DNA of 40,228 bases from Malacoraja senta (taxonomy: Eukaryota), in NCBI GenBank assembly GCA_038087875.1, contig JAXLNO010000631.1:1-40228 (forward strand). Direction: 5' to 3'. The stretch's first letter is position 1. Every line of letters begins with the position of its first letter. A program made the position numbers and the translations under genes. Below, one piece after another: positions 1 to 11,142 of this stretch. Under the pieces are notes generated by a model, which saw only the letters and a program-made list of their open reading frames with translations, was not told the origin of the DNA and did not search any database.

Positions 1-85
1 GACGAGTGTAGCTGGGACAGGTTGGCCAGTGTGGGCAATGTGGGCCGAGGGGCCTGTTTCCACGCTGTATCACTCCATGAGTCTG
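1..85 (+). mobile_element. HER1/CR1-type LINE 3' tail (shared with HE1 SINE)
   Basis: AGTGTAGCTGGGACA...GGGCCGAGGGGCCTGTTTCCACGCTGTAT; same tail at 6990-7210, 26870-26955 and 34910-35250. Confidence 0.7.
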
Positions 86-117
86 TGATGATTTCCAGCA
101 ATAAGGACTGAAGCTTC

Positions 118-205
118 TATCCAGAGATGCTGCCTGACCCGCTGAGTTATTAAAGCATTTTGTGTCTATCTTCAGTGTAAACCAGCATCTGCAGTTCCTT
201 CTGAC
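118..205 (+). mobile_element. Penelope pLTR-derived short element fragment
   Basis: GATGCTGCCTGACCCGCTGAGTTA...CCAGCATCTGCAGTTCCTT, homologous to the 3' UTR of the Penelope copy at 3508-3830; inverted partner at 289-350. Confidence 0.7.
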
Positions 206-245
206 AAGTCTTCATCATCCTCCATGTTTAGATTACCATCGCTCG

Positions 246-290
246 TTTAGTTTAGGTTAGTTTAGGTTAGTTTAGGTTAGTTTAGGTTAG
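246..290. repeat. (TTTAGGTTAG)n microsatellite
   Basis: About 4 tandem 10-mers. Confidence 0.85.
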
Positions 291-349
291 GAAGGAACTG
301 CAGATGCTGGTTTACACCGAAGATAGACACAAAATGATGGAGTAACTCA

Positions 350-490
350 GTTTAGTTTAGAGATACAGCGTAGAAACAGGCCTTTGGCCTACCAAGTCCG
401 CGCCAGCCAGCCGACCAGCAATCACCCATTCACACTAGTTCTATCGTACACACTAGAGAAAATTTACATCAGCCAATTAACTTACAAATT
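350..490 (-). mobile_element. HE1 SINE 3' fragment
   Basis: (TTTAG)n-AGATACAGCG..AAACAGGCC tail in reverse orientation. Confidence 0.75.
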
Positions 491-794
491 TGGAATGGGG
501 AGGACAGAACAAGTAATCGTAGGCCGGCACGGACTCGGTGAGCTGAAAGGCCCTGTTTCCACATTATTTCTAAACTAAACTAAACTATCTGAATTAAGTG
601 ACCCCTTATTTTGGAACAATGCCTCCAATTCTCAGATTCCCCATGAGGGGAAGTATCCTCTTGGCATCTACTGTAAAATAGTGTCATGCATCTTACACTC
701 ACCTGAGAGAGCTGCCATTGCCGAGGTTTAGCATCCATGGTACAGGGAGGCCCTCTGACAGTGTGGCATGCCCATGTACATTTATTTCCATAAA

Positions 795-1092
795 GGGCAG
801 CACGGTGGCGCAGCGGGTAGAGTTTTCCTGCCTCCCAGCGCAGAGACCCGGCTTCCATCCTGACTACGGGTGCTGCCTGTACGGAGTTTGCAACGTTCCC
901 CCTCGTGACCTGCGTGGGTTTTTCTCCGGGTGCTCCGGTTTCCTCCCACGTGCAGGTTTGTAGGTTCATTGGCTTCTGTAAGTTGTAAATTGTCCCGAGT
1001 GTGTGCAGGCTAGTGCCAATGTACAGGTGCGGACTCTGTGGGCCGAAGGGCCTGTTTCTGCGCTGCATCTCCAAAGCCTAAAGTCTAAAGTC
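795..1092 (+). mobile_element. HE1-type tRNA-derived V-SINE, full length
   Basis: A-box TGGCGCAGCGG, degenerate B-box, V-domain GCGTGGGTTTTCTCCGGGTGCTCCGGTTTCCTCCCAC, LINE-derived tail. Confidence 0.9.
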
Positions 1093-1480
1093 AGAAGTGT
1101 AAAGAGGCCTGGCGTGGAGCAATCCACTGTAGCTGACTGTAAATCAACACCCCCATGTTCTACTCACACATTGGCAGCTTTGACTTGACTCATTCTCCCC
1201 AGAAAGAGTTTTTCGTGGCTGCCACAGTTGATGTTCCTCTCTTTGCTCTGGCTATGTTTCATTTCCTGTGGTGATTTGTTCCTGCTTTATGCGACTTTTA
1301 TTGTCCCCCCTCTGAGGTTTAATGACACCATCAGGTATGTCCCTGTTTGCGTTTTCTCTTCTGCTGTTCACATCTGTTAGGCCTCTGGCTTTATGGTAGA
1401 TCTTTCCCAAGCTGGAAAAGATTTGTTGTCCTTCAGGGGTTTATTTCCTTCAACATACAATCGAAACAACTGTTTTACTA

Positions 1481-1695
1481 GTGGTGGGTTCCTGGAACGC
1501 GCTGCCAGGGGTGGCGGTGGAGGCAGATACGATAGTGGTGTTTAGGGGTCTTTTGGATAGACATGTGGATATGCAAGGAAGGGAGGGATATGGATTGTGT
1601 GCCGGTAGAAAGAGATGGTCTTGGCATCATGTTCGGCACAGACATTGTGGGCCGAAGGGCCTGTTCTCCTGCTGTACTCTTCTATGTTCTATGTT
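1481..1695 (+). mobile_element. HER1/CR1 LINE 3' fragment
   Basis: Translates VVGSWNALPGVAVEADTI (CR1 ORF2 C-terminus); (TTCTATG)n tail. Confidence 0.85.
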
Positions 1696-1831
1696 CAATG
1701 AAATATGCACTCCAAACCATCCAATGTTTCACTGAGGATTCAAACTGCTTAAGCCTAGGTCGATAGAGACACGAGAAATGGCAGATGCTGGATTCTTCAG
1801 CTGAACACAACGTGCTGGAGAAACGCAGCAG

Positions 1832-2013
1832 CTTTAGTTTAGAGATGCCGCGCAGAAAAAGGCCCTTCGGCCCATCGAGTCCGCGTCGACCAACGATCCC
1901 CGCACATTAACACTATCCTACACAATTTACACATACACCAAGCCAATTAACCTACATACCTGTACGTCTTTGGAGTGTGGGAGGAAACCGAAGATCTCAG
2001 AGAAAACCCACGC
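1832..2013 (-). mobile_element. HE1 SINE 3' half
   Basis: V-domain and tail in reverse orientation. Confidence 0.85.
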
Positions 2014-2255
2014 TTACATGTTGTTATAGTACCTGCCTCAACTACCATCTGCTGGCTCATCCTGTGGCAACTCGTTCCATACACCCACTGTAAAAAATGA
2101 GTGAAAATGTTGTGTCTCAGGGTTCCTATCAAATCTTTCCTCTCTCACCTTAAACCTCTGTCCTCTGGTCCTTGATTCCCCTATCCTGGGTAAAAAGACT
2201 GTGCATTCATGATATTCTACACCAGTACAAGATCACCTCTTAACCTCCTGTGCCC
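2014..2255 (-). mobile_element. CR1 LINE 3' fragment
   Basis: ACCTGCCTCAACTACC...CTCGTTCCATACACCCAC, homologous to 34910-35250. Confidence 0.75.
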
Positions 2256-2391
2256 CAACATACTCTATTGTACAATAGGGAAGAAAAAGGTATTTCTCGT
2301 TATCCATGGAGTCATCTGCGTCTTGTACATTCTGCTTATTGTCACCAGCTATTGTTTCCCGATAGGTGTGGGCCCTCTGTCAGATAGTTTG

Positions 2392-2712
2392 TATACAATA
2401 CAATACAATACAATACCGTTTATTGTCATTTGAACCTCAAATGAAGTTCAAACGAAATTCGGTTTCTGCAGTCATACAACAAGAAAAAATACCATGACAC
2501 ACAATTAACACAATTTACACCAACATCCATCACAGTGAATCTCCTCCTCACTGTGATGGAAGGGAAAGTCATTGTCTCTCCCCCGTTTTCCATTCTTCTC
2601 CCGATGTTAAAGCCCCCGGCGGGGCGATGGCAGGTCCCGCGGTTGTTAAGGCCGCGCCGGGCGATGTAAGGCCCGGCTTCGGGTCTTGATGTTGGAGCCC
2701 CCGGCGGGCGAT
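2392..2712 (-). mobile_element. Non-LTR retroelement 3' UTR (Rex/L2-like) with (TATTG)n tail
   Basis: (CAATA)n then TTTATTGTCA; related to 35540-35970. Confidence 0.55.
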
Positions 2713-2786
2713 ATACTTGAAGCAGGGTTTCATCTCATGATCATTGTATGATATATTTGATTGCGTGGGTATCATTGCGCACAAGA

Positions 2787-2872
2787 TGGTAGACACAAAA
2801 CGCTGGAGAAAACTCAGCGGGACAGGCAGCATCTCTGGGTGACGTTTCGGGTCGAGACCTTTCTTCAGACTG
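2787..2872 (-). mobile_element. Penelope-derived short element with hammerhead motif
   Basis: Minus strand reads AGTCTGAAGAAAGGTCTCGACCCGAAACGTCAC. Confidence 0.75.
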
Positions 2873-2960
2873 GAACATTGCTCACATCAACCTTGAATAA
2901 ACTTTCCAGAAGTCCCCTTCTTTACGTGATTCCTGCCGCCATCAGAGGATGTTTTGTGGA

Positions 2961-3268
2961 GTTTAGTTTGGAGATACAGCACGGAAACAGGCCCTTCGGC
3001 CCACCGAGTCCTCACCGACCAGCGATCACCCCGTGCGCTAACACTACCCTACACACACACTAGGGACAATTTACAATTTTACCAAAGCCAATTAACCCAC
3101 AAACCTGCACGTCTTCGGAGTGTGGGAGGAAACCGGAGCGCCCGGAGAAAACCCACGCAGGTCACAGGGAGAACGTACAAACTCCGTACAGACAGCACCC
3201 GTACTCAGAATCGAACCTAGGTCTCTGGCGCTGTGATGCGGTGGCTCTAACGCTGCGCCATTGTGCCC
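2961..3268 (-). mobile_element. HE1 SINE, full length
   Basis: Head, B-box GGTTCGATT, V-domain and (TAAAC)n tail in reverse. Confidence 0.9.
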
Positions 3269-3524
3269 TTTCCTGCATATTACTCTGCATTCTACTGCAT
3301 GTTACTTCATCAAGAATCCACTGGAATCCACTAGCAGCTATTTCTCTGCTGGTCGGTCACTGGCGTTAGTGTTGTGAGACGGGGGTGGAGAGATCTGTGC
3401 CTGATCCCTGAGGTCTTGCCTCCTGCTTCAGTCATATCCCTGAGGTCTTCCCACTTGTTTTAATCATATACAAGGGGTCAAAACCACATCATCCCATCAA
3501 CTGTGGAACAAAGGTGGACAAAAA

Positions 3525-3690
3525 TGCTGGAGAAACTCAGCGGGTCAGGCAGCATCTATGGAGAACATGGATAGGTGACGTTTCACAGAGTGCTGGAGAA
3601 ACTCAGCGGGTCAGGCAGCATCTGTGGAGAACATGGATAGGTGACGTTTCACAGAGTGCTGGAGAAACTCAGTGGGTGAGGCAGCATCTA
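3525..3690. repeat. 66-bp minisatellite (~2.5 copies) in Penelope pLTR
   Basis: Unit GTGCTGGAGWAACTCAGCGGGTCAGGCAGCATCTGTGGAGAACATGGATAGGTGACGTTTCACAGA. Confidence 0.9.
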
Positions 3691-3707
3691 TGGAGCGAAG
3701 GAAAATA

Positions 3708-3742
3708 GGCAACATTTCGGGTCCGAGACCCTTCTTCAGACT
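3708..3742 (-). ncRNA. Minimal hammerhead ribozyme motif (PLE type)
   Basis: CUGAAGA-A-GGGUC(UCG)GACCC-GAAA. Confidence 0.65.
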
Positions 3743-3830
3743 GATGTGGGGGTGGGGGGGCGGGAAGAAGAAAGGAAGAGGAGGAGCCAGTGGGCTGAGG
3801 GAGAGCTGGGAAGGGAGGAGAAAGTAAGGA

Positions 3831-4133
3831 CTACCTGAAATTGGAGAAGTCAATGTTCATACCGCTGGGGTGTAAACTACCCAAGCGGAATATGAGGTGC
3901 TGCTCCTCCAATTTACGATGGTCCTCACTCTGGCCATGGAGGAGGCCGAGGACAGAAAGGTCGGATTCGGAATGGGAGGGGGAGTTGAAGTGCTGAGCCA
4001 CCGGGAGGTCAGGTTGGTTATTGCGGACCGAGCGGAGGTGTTCGGCGAAGCGATCGCCAAGCCTACGCTTGGTCTCACCGATGTAGAGCAGCTGACATCT
4101 AGAGCAGCGGATGCAATAGATGAGGTTGGAGGA
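3831..4133 (-). pseudogene. 5'-truncated Penelope GIY-YIG endonuclease domain
   Basis: LIY..CxxC..YIG, R..EH and H motifs; RT portion absent. Confidence 0.9.
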
Positions 4134-4370
4134 GGGCATGTTGGCCTTTATAACAAGAGGGCGGTGGAGGCAGGTTCTCTGGATACTTTCAAGAGAGAGC
4201 TAGATAGGGCTCTTAAAAATAGCGGAGTTAGGGGATATGGGGAGAAGGCAGGAACGGGGTACTGATTGGGGATGATCAGCCATGATCACATTGAATGGCG
4301 GTGCTGGCTCGAAGGGCCAAATGGCCTACTCCTGCACCTATTGTCTATTGTCTATTGTCTATTGTCTACT
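4134..4370 (+). mobile_element. CR1 LINE 3' fragment with internal deletion
   Basis: RAVEAGSLDTFKRELDRAL; (TATTGTC)n tail. Confidence 0.9.
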
Positions 4371-4408
4371 TGGCTAATAAAATATATTCAATTCAATTCA
4401 ATTCAATT

Positions 4409-4575
4409 CAGGTGCTCCGGTTTCCTCCCACACTCCAAAGACGTGCAGGTTTGTAGGCTAATTGTAAATTGTCCTTAGCGTGTGTAGGGCAGTGTTAATG
4501 TGCGGGGATCGCTGGTCGGCGCGGACGTGGTGGGCCGAAGGACCTGTTACCGCGCTGTATCTCTAAACTAAAACA
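4409..4575 (+). mobile_element. HE1 SINE 3' half
   Basis: V-domain and tail. Confidence 0.85.
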
Positions 4576-5122
4576 AACAAAGAATTCCAAACGAGAGAAG
4601 GAGAGAGCGCCAAGCATTACTGAAAGCTTGGTATGTACCCACTTATGCTGTAATGAATTCTCTCTTGAAAGCTATCCACTTTCTGAAAGTTGAAGAGCTA
4701 TTGACACAGACTAAAAGCTTCTTGCTGTGATCAAATTTCTCACGAGCTGGATGGATTCCCTGTTTATTTTGGGAGCCTGGAGGCAGGGAGGCTGAAGAAC
4801 AACACATGCTGGGAAACCTCTGCGGCTGATGGTTTGTGTTTTGATTGAGGCATCACGTCAGGTTGTGTACCATTCCAGATCACTAGAGTCACGCGCTCGG
4901 AGTGTTAATCTATGCAGAGAGTATTTCATGGTTTAATATTTTGCATTTTGCTTTGATCTACAGCTTTTTGATGCTTCAAAACGTCTTTGCAAAGCAAGTG
5001 GTCGCAGAGTTTTAGGTGGCAGAATGCTGTCGGAAATTGTCCAGGGTTATCCTGGTACAGGGGTGGGGAACTGAGACACCCATGTAGGGAGTACCTATGT
5101 AGTTACTTGCAGGAGAAAACAG

Positions 5123-6298
5123 GTGGCACGGTGGCGCAGCGGTAGAGACAATAGACAATAGGTCCAGGAGTAGGCCATTTGGCCCTTCGAACCAGCACCG
5201 CCATTCAATGTGATCATGGGCTGATCATCCCCAATCAGTACCCCGTTCCTGCCTTTCTCCCCATATCCCCTGACTCCGCTATCTTTAAGAGCCCTATCTA
5301 GGTCTCTCTTGAAAGCATCCAGAGAACCTGCCTCCACCGCCCTCTGAGGCAGAGAATTCCACAGACTCACCACTCTCTGTGAGAAAAAGTGTTTCCTCGT
5401 CTCCGTTCCAAATGGCTTACTCCTTATTCTTAAACTGTGGCCCCTGGTTCTGGACTCCCCCAACATCGGGAACATGTTTCCTGCCTCTAGCGTGTCCAAG
5501 CCCTTAACAATCTTATATGTTTCAATGAGATATCCTCTCATCCTTCTAAACTCCAGAGTGTACAAGCCCAGCTGCTCCATTCTCTCAGGATATGACAGTC
5601 CAGCCATCCCAGGAATTAACCTTGTAAACCTACGCTGCACTCCCTCAATAGCAAGAATGTCCTTCCTCAAATTAGGGGACCAAAACTGCACACAATACTC
5701 CAGGTGTGGTTTCACTAGGGCTCTGTACAACTGCAGAAGGACCTCTTTGCTCTATATTCGATTCCTCTTGTTATAAAGGCCAAATGTCATTTGCTTTCTT
5801 CACTGCCTGCCTAACCTGCATGCTTACTTTCATAGACTGATGTACAAGGACCCCCAGATCCCGTTGTACTTCCCCTTTTCCCAACTTGACGCCATTTAGA
5901 TGTAATCTGCCTTCCTGTTTTTGCTACCAAAGTGGATAACCTCACATTTATCCGCAATAAACCTTCATCTGCCATGCATCTGCCCGCTCCCCCAACCTGT
6001 CCAAGTGACCCTGCATTCTCATAGAGTTGCTTCCTCACAGCGCCAGAGACCCGGGTTCGATCCCGACTACGGGTGCTGTCTGTACGTGAGTTTGTATGTT
6101 CTCCCCGTGGCTTTTCTCCGAGATCTTCGGTTTCCTCCCACACTCCAAGACGTGCAGGTTTGTAGGTTAATTGACTTGGTATAAACGTAAATTGTCCCTA
6201 GTGTGTGTAGGATAGTGTTAGCGTGCAGGGATCGCTGGTCGGTGCGGACTCGGTGGGCCGAAGGGCTGTTTCCGCCATGTATCTCTGAACTAAAGTAA
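5123..6298 (+). mobile_element. HE1 SINE split by a CR1 insertion (5123-5147 + 6022-6298)
   Basis: Head breaks after GGTAGAG and resumes at TAGAGTTGC; TAGAG is duplicated. Confidence 0.9.
5148..6021 (-). mobile_element. CR1 LINE 3' fragment (ORF2 C-terminus)
   Basis: YRALVKPHLEYCVQFWSP...FFSQRVVSLWNSLPQRAVEA; near-identical to 32717-33465. Confidence 0.95.
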
Positions 6299-6345
6299 AC
6301 AGGTCTTTGCAAGGCATCACCTGTCTCAGCTGCAGAGGTCTTAAT

Positions 6346-6447
6346 GGTGGCGCAGCGGTAGAGTTGCTGCCTCACAGCGCCAGAGACACGGTTCGATCCT
6401 GACTATGGGTGCTGTCTGTATGGAGTTTGTACGTTCTCCCGTGACGT
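6346..6447 (+). mobile_element. HE1 SINE 5' half
   Basis: A-box, B-box GGTTCGATCC. Confidence 0.85.
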
Positions 6448-6989
6448 GCCTTCTAGGCCATTAAGTGCGGCCTTTTGAATGAATCAAATTTTGTAGAACA
6501 AATCGTTTTATTTTTATTAATATGTTTTTGTTCATCTTATATTATTTTTATTTTAATCTTAAAATGAATGTATTTAAAATACCAAAGAGTAAAAGAAGAT
6601 TCAACGAAATCATCCTCCCCGACTGACGGCCACAATTAAAACATTAGTAAGTCATGAGGGCTATTTTAACACCAGTTATGCTCATGATTTAGTACGAATG
6701 CGACTCTAGAATCTCCCACCAAAAGCAGTCACAGCAAAGTCATTAAAAGGTTAGTTAACTTTAGAATTAACAAAATTGTTTTACTTTCTTGAAGTTAGTA
6801 CATAGTAGTTAGATTTTTACAAAATAATGTACATTTTGAGTATATCTAATTTAAGTTTCTTGGATGCGGCCTTATCAGATTACAGCTAACTTAATGCGGC
6901 CTTCCAACATGAAAAGGCTCCCCACCCCCTGTCCTGGAATCTTCTTATAAAAAGGATTGGGAGGGGTCACATGATAGAAATCTCCCTGA

Positions 6990-7210
6990 ATTCAGAGGGT
7001 GGTGGGTGTATGGAACGAGCTGCCAGAGGAGGTAGTTGAGGCTGGGACTATCCCAACGTTGTATAAGCAGTTAGACAGGTGCATGGATAGGACAGGTTGG
7101 AGGGATATGGACCAAACGCAGGCAGGTGGGACTAGTGTAGCTGGGACATGTTGGCCGGTGTGGGCAAGTTGGGCCTGTTTCCACACTGTATCACTCTATG
7201 AGTCTATGAA
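6990..7210 (+). mobile_element. HER1/CR1 3' fragment
   Basis: VVGVWNELPEEVVEAGTI plus HE1-shared tail. Confidence 0.85.
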
Positions 7211-7639
7211 TCCAGCACCAGTAAGGGCAGGTTGGAGCCAATATGGGTGGTTGAAGGGTTAAGCAATGTTTGAACAGCTAGGTTGTAAGCAGGTCTTGAA
7301 GAACAGAAGAGCAGAAATCAAAGCAGGAGTGATCCCATTCAGCCCCTCATGCCTTCCTGCCATTCAGTAAGATCAAGGCTGATCTTTTCCCCAAACAACA
7401 CCCATCTGCACAAACTCCATATCCCTTTCATCCTTTTGTTTAAAAATAGTGAAAATTAGGGCGGCACGGTGACGCAGCGGTAGAGTTGCTGCCTCACAGC
7501 GCCGGTTTCCTCCCACACTCGTGCTGGGAGTTTAGAAAAATCACACATGCAGAAGCACCGACATGGACTCTCATTCCAAACGAAAGGTGGGAGATGGAGA
7601 TGTATTGAGACTACCTGTACGGGGATCGCTGGCCGCGCC

Positions 7640-7880
7640 GACCAGCGATCCCCGTACACTAGCACTATCCTTCACGCACTAGGGACTATTTACAACTTCA
7701 CCAAGACTATTAATCTGTACGTCTTTGGAGTGTGGGAGGAAACCAGAGCACCCGGAGAAAACCCACGCAGGTCACGGGAGAACGTACAAACTCCGTACAG
7801 ACAGCACCCGTAGTCAGGATTGAACCTGGGTCTCTGGCGCTGTGAGGCAGCAACTCTACCCGCTGCACCACCATGCCGGC
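7640..7880 (-). mobile_element. HE1 SINE (plus deleted + strand piece at 7460-7520)
   Basis: Head and V-domain in reverse. Confidence 0.85.
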
Positions 7881-7936
7881 CTTTGATCTGAACCAAAGAT
7901 CAAAAGAAACAAAATATTCAAGCCTTCAAAAATGAG

Positions 7937-8575
7937 AACTGAGTTTGAGTTGAGTTTATTGTCCTGTGTGACAATGCAGTGAAAAGCTTTTGTTGCGTGC
8001 TAACCAGTCAGCGAAAGTCAATAGTGATTACAATCGAGCCATTCACAGTGTACAGATACATGATAAAGGAAATAGCTTGAATAATGTTTAGTACAAGATA
8101 AAGCCAGTAAAATCCGATCAAAGATAGTCTGAGGGTCTCCAATGAGGTAGACAGTCATTCAGCACTGCTCTCTGGTTGTGGTAGGATGGTTCAGTTGCCT
8201 GATAACAGCTGGGAAGAAACTGTCCCTGAATCTGAATGTGTGTGTTTTCACACTTCTGTACCTCTTGCCCGATGGGAGAGGGGAGAAGAGGGACTGGCCG
8301 GGGTGAGACTGACCCTTGATGATGCTGCTGGCCTTGCCGAGGCAGCGTGAGGTGTAGATGGAGTCGATGGAAGGAGGGAGGTTCGTTTGTGTGATGGTCT
8401 GGGCTGCATCCACAACTCTCTGCGATTTCTTGCAGACTTGGATGGAGCTGTTCCCAAACCGTGCTGCGATGCATCCCGATAAAATCCTTTCCGCGGCGCA
8501 TCTGTAGAAGTTGGTGAGAGTTGCTGGGGACATGCCGAACTTCCTCAGCTTTCCAAGGAAATAGAGTAGTTGGTG
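7937..8575 (-). mobile_element. Rex1/Babar-type LINE 3' fragment
   Basis: LYFLGKLRKFG...NFYRC...SHPGQSLFSPLPSGKRYRS...FRDSFFPAVIRQLN; (AACTCA)n tail. Confidence 0.85.
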
Positions 8576-8636
8576 TGGACACACCATCCAGTCACTAACT
8601 CAATCTGCCGAAAATCACTGTCAAAATTGGCAGACC

Positions 8637-9509
8637 CATAAATGCTCGATTAATGTAAGACACACTTTAATTCAATTAAAAATTGTACACAGATTTTACT
8701 ACTCAAAACCAAAATAAGTAAACTTTTTCCCAACCTATCACCTATCTGTGATAAATGTCAGTCTCAAGAAGCTACTATAGCGCATTCATTTGTCTTTTGT
8801 ATCCAAATTCAAAAATCTTGGATTGAAATTTTTGAATCTTTACAAAATTATTTTAAAATAAAACTGATACCAAAAGCAGAATGGATTATCTTTGGAACAA
8901 CGGAAGGTAGCCCTGAACTAAATGTATTTCAAAAGAAACCTATTTGATTACGGGTTAATAACTGGAAAAAGCTTATTCTAAAATTCTGGAAAAATGCTAC
9001 AATACCACTATAAACATGTGGATTTCAAATATGTTTGAAACATTACACCTGGAAGAGATGAGACTCCTCCTGGCAGGCAATCAGATCAATTCTATAGGAC
9101 GTGATCTTCATTTATAGAATTACTACAAGCATAAGGTGCAACAGTACTTTAAAAAGGCACCGATGTCAGGACTTGTTAAATAGGGATGAAAAGTGGCGAG
9201 CTGGTATATCCCTTCTGCGCGATGTTTATAATAGAGTATTTGTCTTTCACTTTTTTCTTTCCTAGGGTCTATCTCTTAATTTCCTTTCTCTAATTTCTCG
9301 TCTAAAGGGTCTTTCTTCTTTCCTTTCGTCACGCTTTTGCACTAACACTATTTTCTTTCACTTTCTCTATTTTCTCAATTTCAATCTTTTTTTAATAGCT
9401 TTAAAAAATGAAGGGGTACATTAAATGTAATAAGATATACGTGGTGTGTATTAATGTAATTGATTGTCATTTAATGTACTTCTAATAAATAAAAATTAAA
9501 AAAATAAAA
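8637..9509 (+). mobile_element. L1-clade LINE 3' end (frameshifted ORF2 zinc knuckle, T-rich UTR, polyA)
   Basis: Conceptual KCSINVRHTLIQLKIVHRFY...PICDKC...HSFVFC; AATAAA and A-tail at 9484-9509. Confidence 0.8.
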
Positions 9510-9522
9510 GAAGCTGGAGTTA

Positions 9523-9828
9523 TGGGCCCGTCCCACTTACGCGATTTTTTTCGGCGACCTTGCCGGCACCCGTCGTTGCAGGTCGCCGAAAATGTTCAAC
9601 ATGTTGAAAACCCAGCGGCGACCAGAACAAGGTACGACTCTTTGGGCGACTACTCACGACCATAGAGGCTTCACCCCGCGACATGCCGCCAGGGTGTCGC
9701 CTGTACGGTCGTGAGTCGTCTCCTCAGTCGCCCAAAGAGTCGTAGCGCCTTTCTGGTCTCCGCTGAAATTTGACCTATGACGGGTGCCAGCCAGTCGCCG
9801 AAAAAGTCGCGTAAGTGGGACAGGCCCG
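9523..9828. mobile_element. PIF/Harbinger-like MITE
   Basis: TIR GGGCCYGTCCCACTTACGCGA; TTA/TAA flanks; interrupts GCTGGAG|TAA|CTCAGC of a Penelope-derived element. Confidence 0.85.
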
Positions 9829-10320
9829 TAACTCAGCGGGTGAGGCAGCATCTATGGAGAGAAGGAATTGGCGACGTTTCGGGTCGAGACCAGGCTGCCC
9901 CTGCCCCTTTAAGGTTTCTTTGTTTTCGACACTGTTGCATCTAATCTCACAGCTCCTCAGTCATTCTCACCTGAAGCTACAGGCTCAGTAAATGCTCAGC
10001 AAATTGTGCCATCATTGAAATGATTGCAGGCGTTTTTACAACATGAATATTTGCAAAGCAGAGAATACATCCACAGATTTTGCATAAGGCTTCACTTAAG
10101 TGTGTTTTTTTCTAGAGCTGCTGAATGAGTGATTTAAATGGGCTGTCATAAAGATTTATAAATTGGCTCCATTTATCTGCAGTTGATAAAATCTCATATT
10201 TCTTGGCAAAGTTATGTATATATATCTGGAATATGCAAAGCGAACTACCAGAATTGTTTAAATCTATAGCTGCTACATTTGATTCATTAGTTGTGATCTT
10301 TGTATCAGTTGGTCACCTAG

Positions 10321-10615
10321 TGTGTTGGAAGGAACTGCAGATGCTGTTTAAACCGAAGAAAGACCCAGAGTGCTGGAGTAACTCAGCGGGTCAGGCAGCA
10401 TCTGTGGAGAACATGGATAGGTGACGTTTCACAGAGTGCTGGAGTAACTCAGCGGGTCAGGCAGCATCTGTGGAGAACATGGATAGGTGACGTTTCACAG
10501 AGTGCTGGAGTAACTCAGCGGGTCAGGCAGCATCTGTGGGGAACATGGATAGGTGACGTTTCACAGAGTGCTGGAGTAACTCAGCGGGTCAGGCAGCATC
10601 TGTCGAGAGAAGGAA
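10321..10615 (-). repeat. Penelope-derived element with 66-bp minisatellite (~3.5 copies)
   Basis: GAAGGAACTGCAGATGCTG terminus followed by tandem 66-mers. Confidence 0.9.
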
Positions 10616-10714
10616 CGTGCCCTTGTTTAAGGTATACACACAGAAACAGGCTCCAACCTCACAAGAACAAAATGGCTTGAGTCCAGCTGGCTTCAATCCA
10701 TTTTAGTGCATATT

Positions 10715-10980
10715 ATTCGTATTCGTAGGCCCCCCTCGTCATGACTGACCATGGGTGATGCATCCTGGTCAGATGTAAGCCTGGGCGATCGATGTCATAT
10801 GGGAGGACAGGCTGTTGCCCCATGCAGCACGTCCCCCCTCTCCACGTCGCTGATCGATCCAAAGGAACAGCAGGGTCGTTACAGTTTGGCACCAGCGCCG
10901 TCGCAGGAGCTGCCAGAGCCAGGTTGTAGGGGAACGACGAACTGCCTTAGGGGCTACGACTCCGGATTTTCTTGAGGTTT
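10715..10980 (-). mobile_element. Probable RTE-related short element
   Basis: (ACGAAT)n tail with CCATGGTC..GAC stem; GTTTGGCACCAGC..GCAGGAG..GACTCCGGATTT resembles RTE 5' regions. Confidence 0.5.
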
Positions 10981-11142
10981 GACGTTTTGGGTCGAGACCC
11001 TTCTTCAGACTAGTCAGGGGAGAGGGAAAACGAGAGATATGGACAGTGAGGTCGTATTTTGCTTTTGTTTACAACGTGATGTTCCTACCGCGGGCCCTGG
11101 CCAGTTCTCTCATTCAATGGCTCAACTCTCTGGTGACAGATT

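Larger units (their letters stand above)
3508..4133 (-). mobile_element. Penelope-like element 3' end: GIY-YIG endonuclease C-terminus plus pLTR/3' UTR
   Basis: ORF 3831-4139 reads NLIYCIRCSRCQLLYIGETKRRLGDRFAEH...VAQHF...GMN (PLE GIY-YIG); UTR carries CTGAAGAAGGGTCTCGGACCCGAAATGTTGCC. Confidence 0.92.
5058..6931. mobile_element. hAT (Charlie-like) non-autonomous transposon with nested insertions
   Basis: Left end CAGGGGTGGGGAAC, right end GGCTCCCCACCCCCTG; 8-bp flanks TCCTGGTA/TCCTGGAA; subterminal TGCGGCC motifs in 6448-6931. Confidence 0.7.

Noticed and set aside
246..290. Telomeric repeat
   Set aside because: Not TTAGGG; better explained as a variant of the SINE (TAAAC)n tail
795..870. 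tRNA genes at SINE heads
   Set aside because: A/B boxes belong to HE1 SINEs and continue into the V-domain
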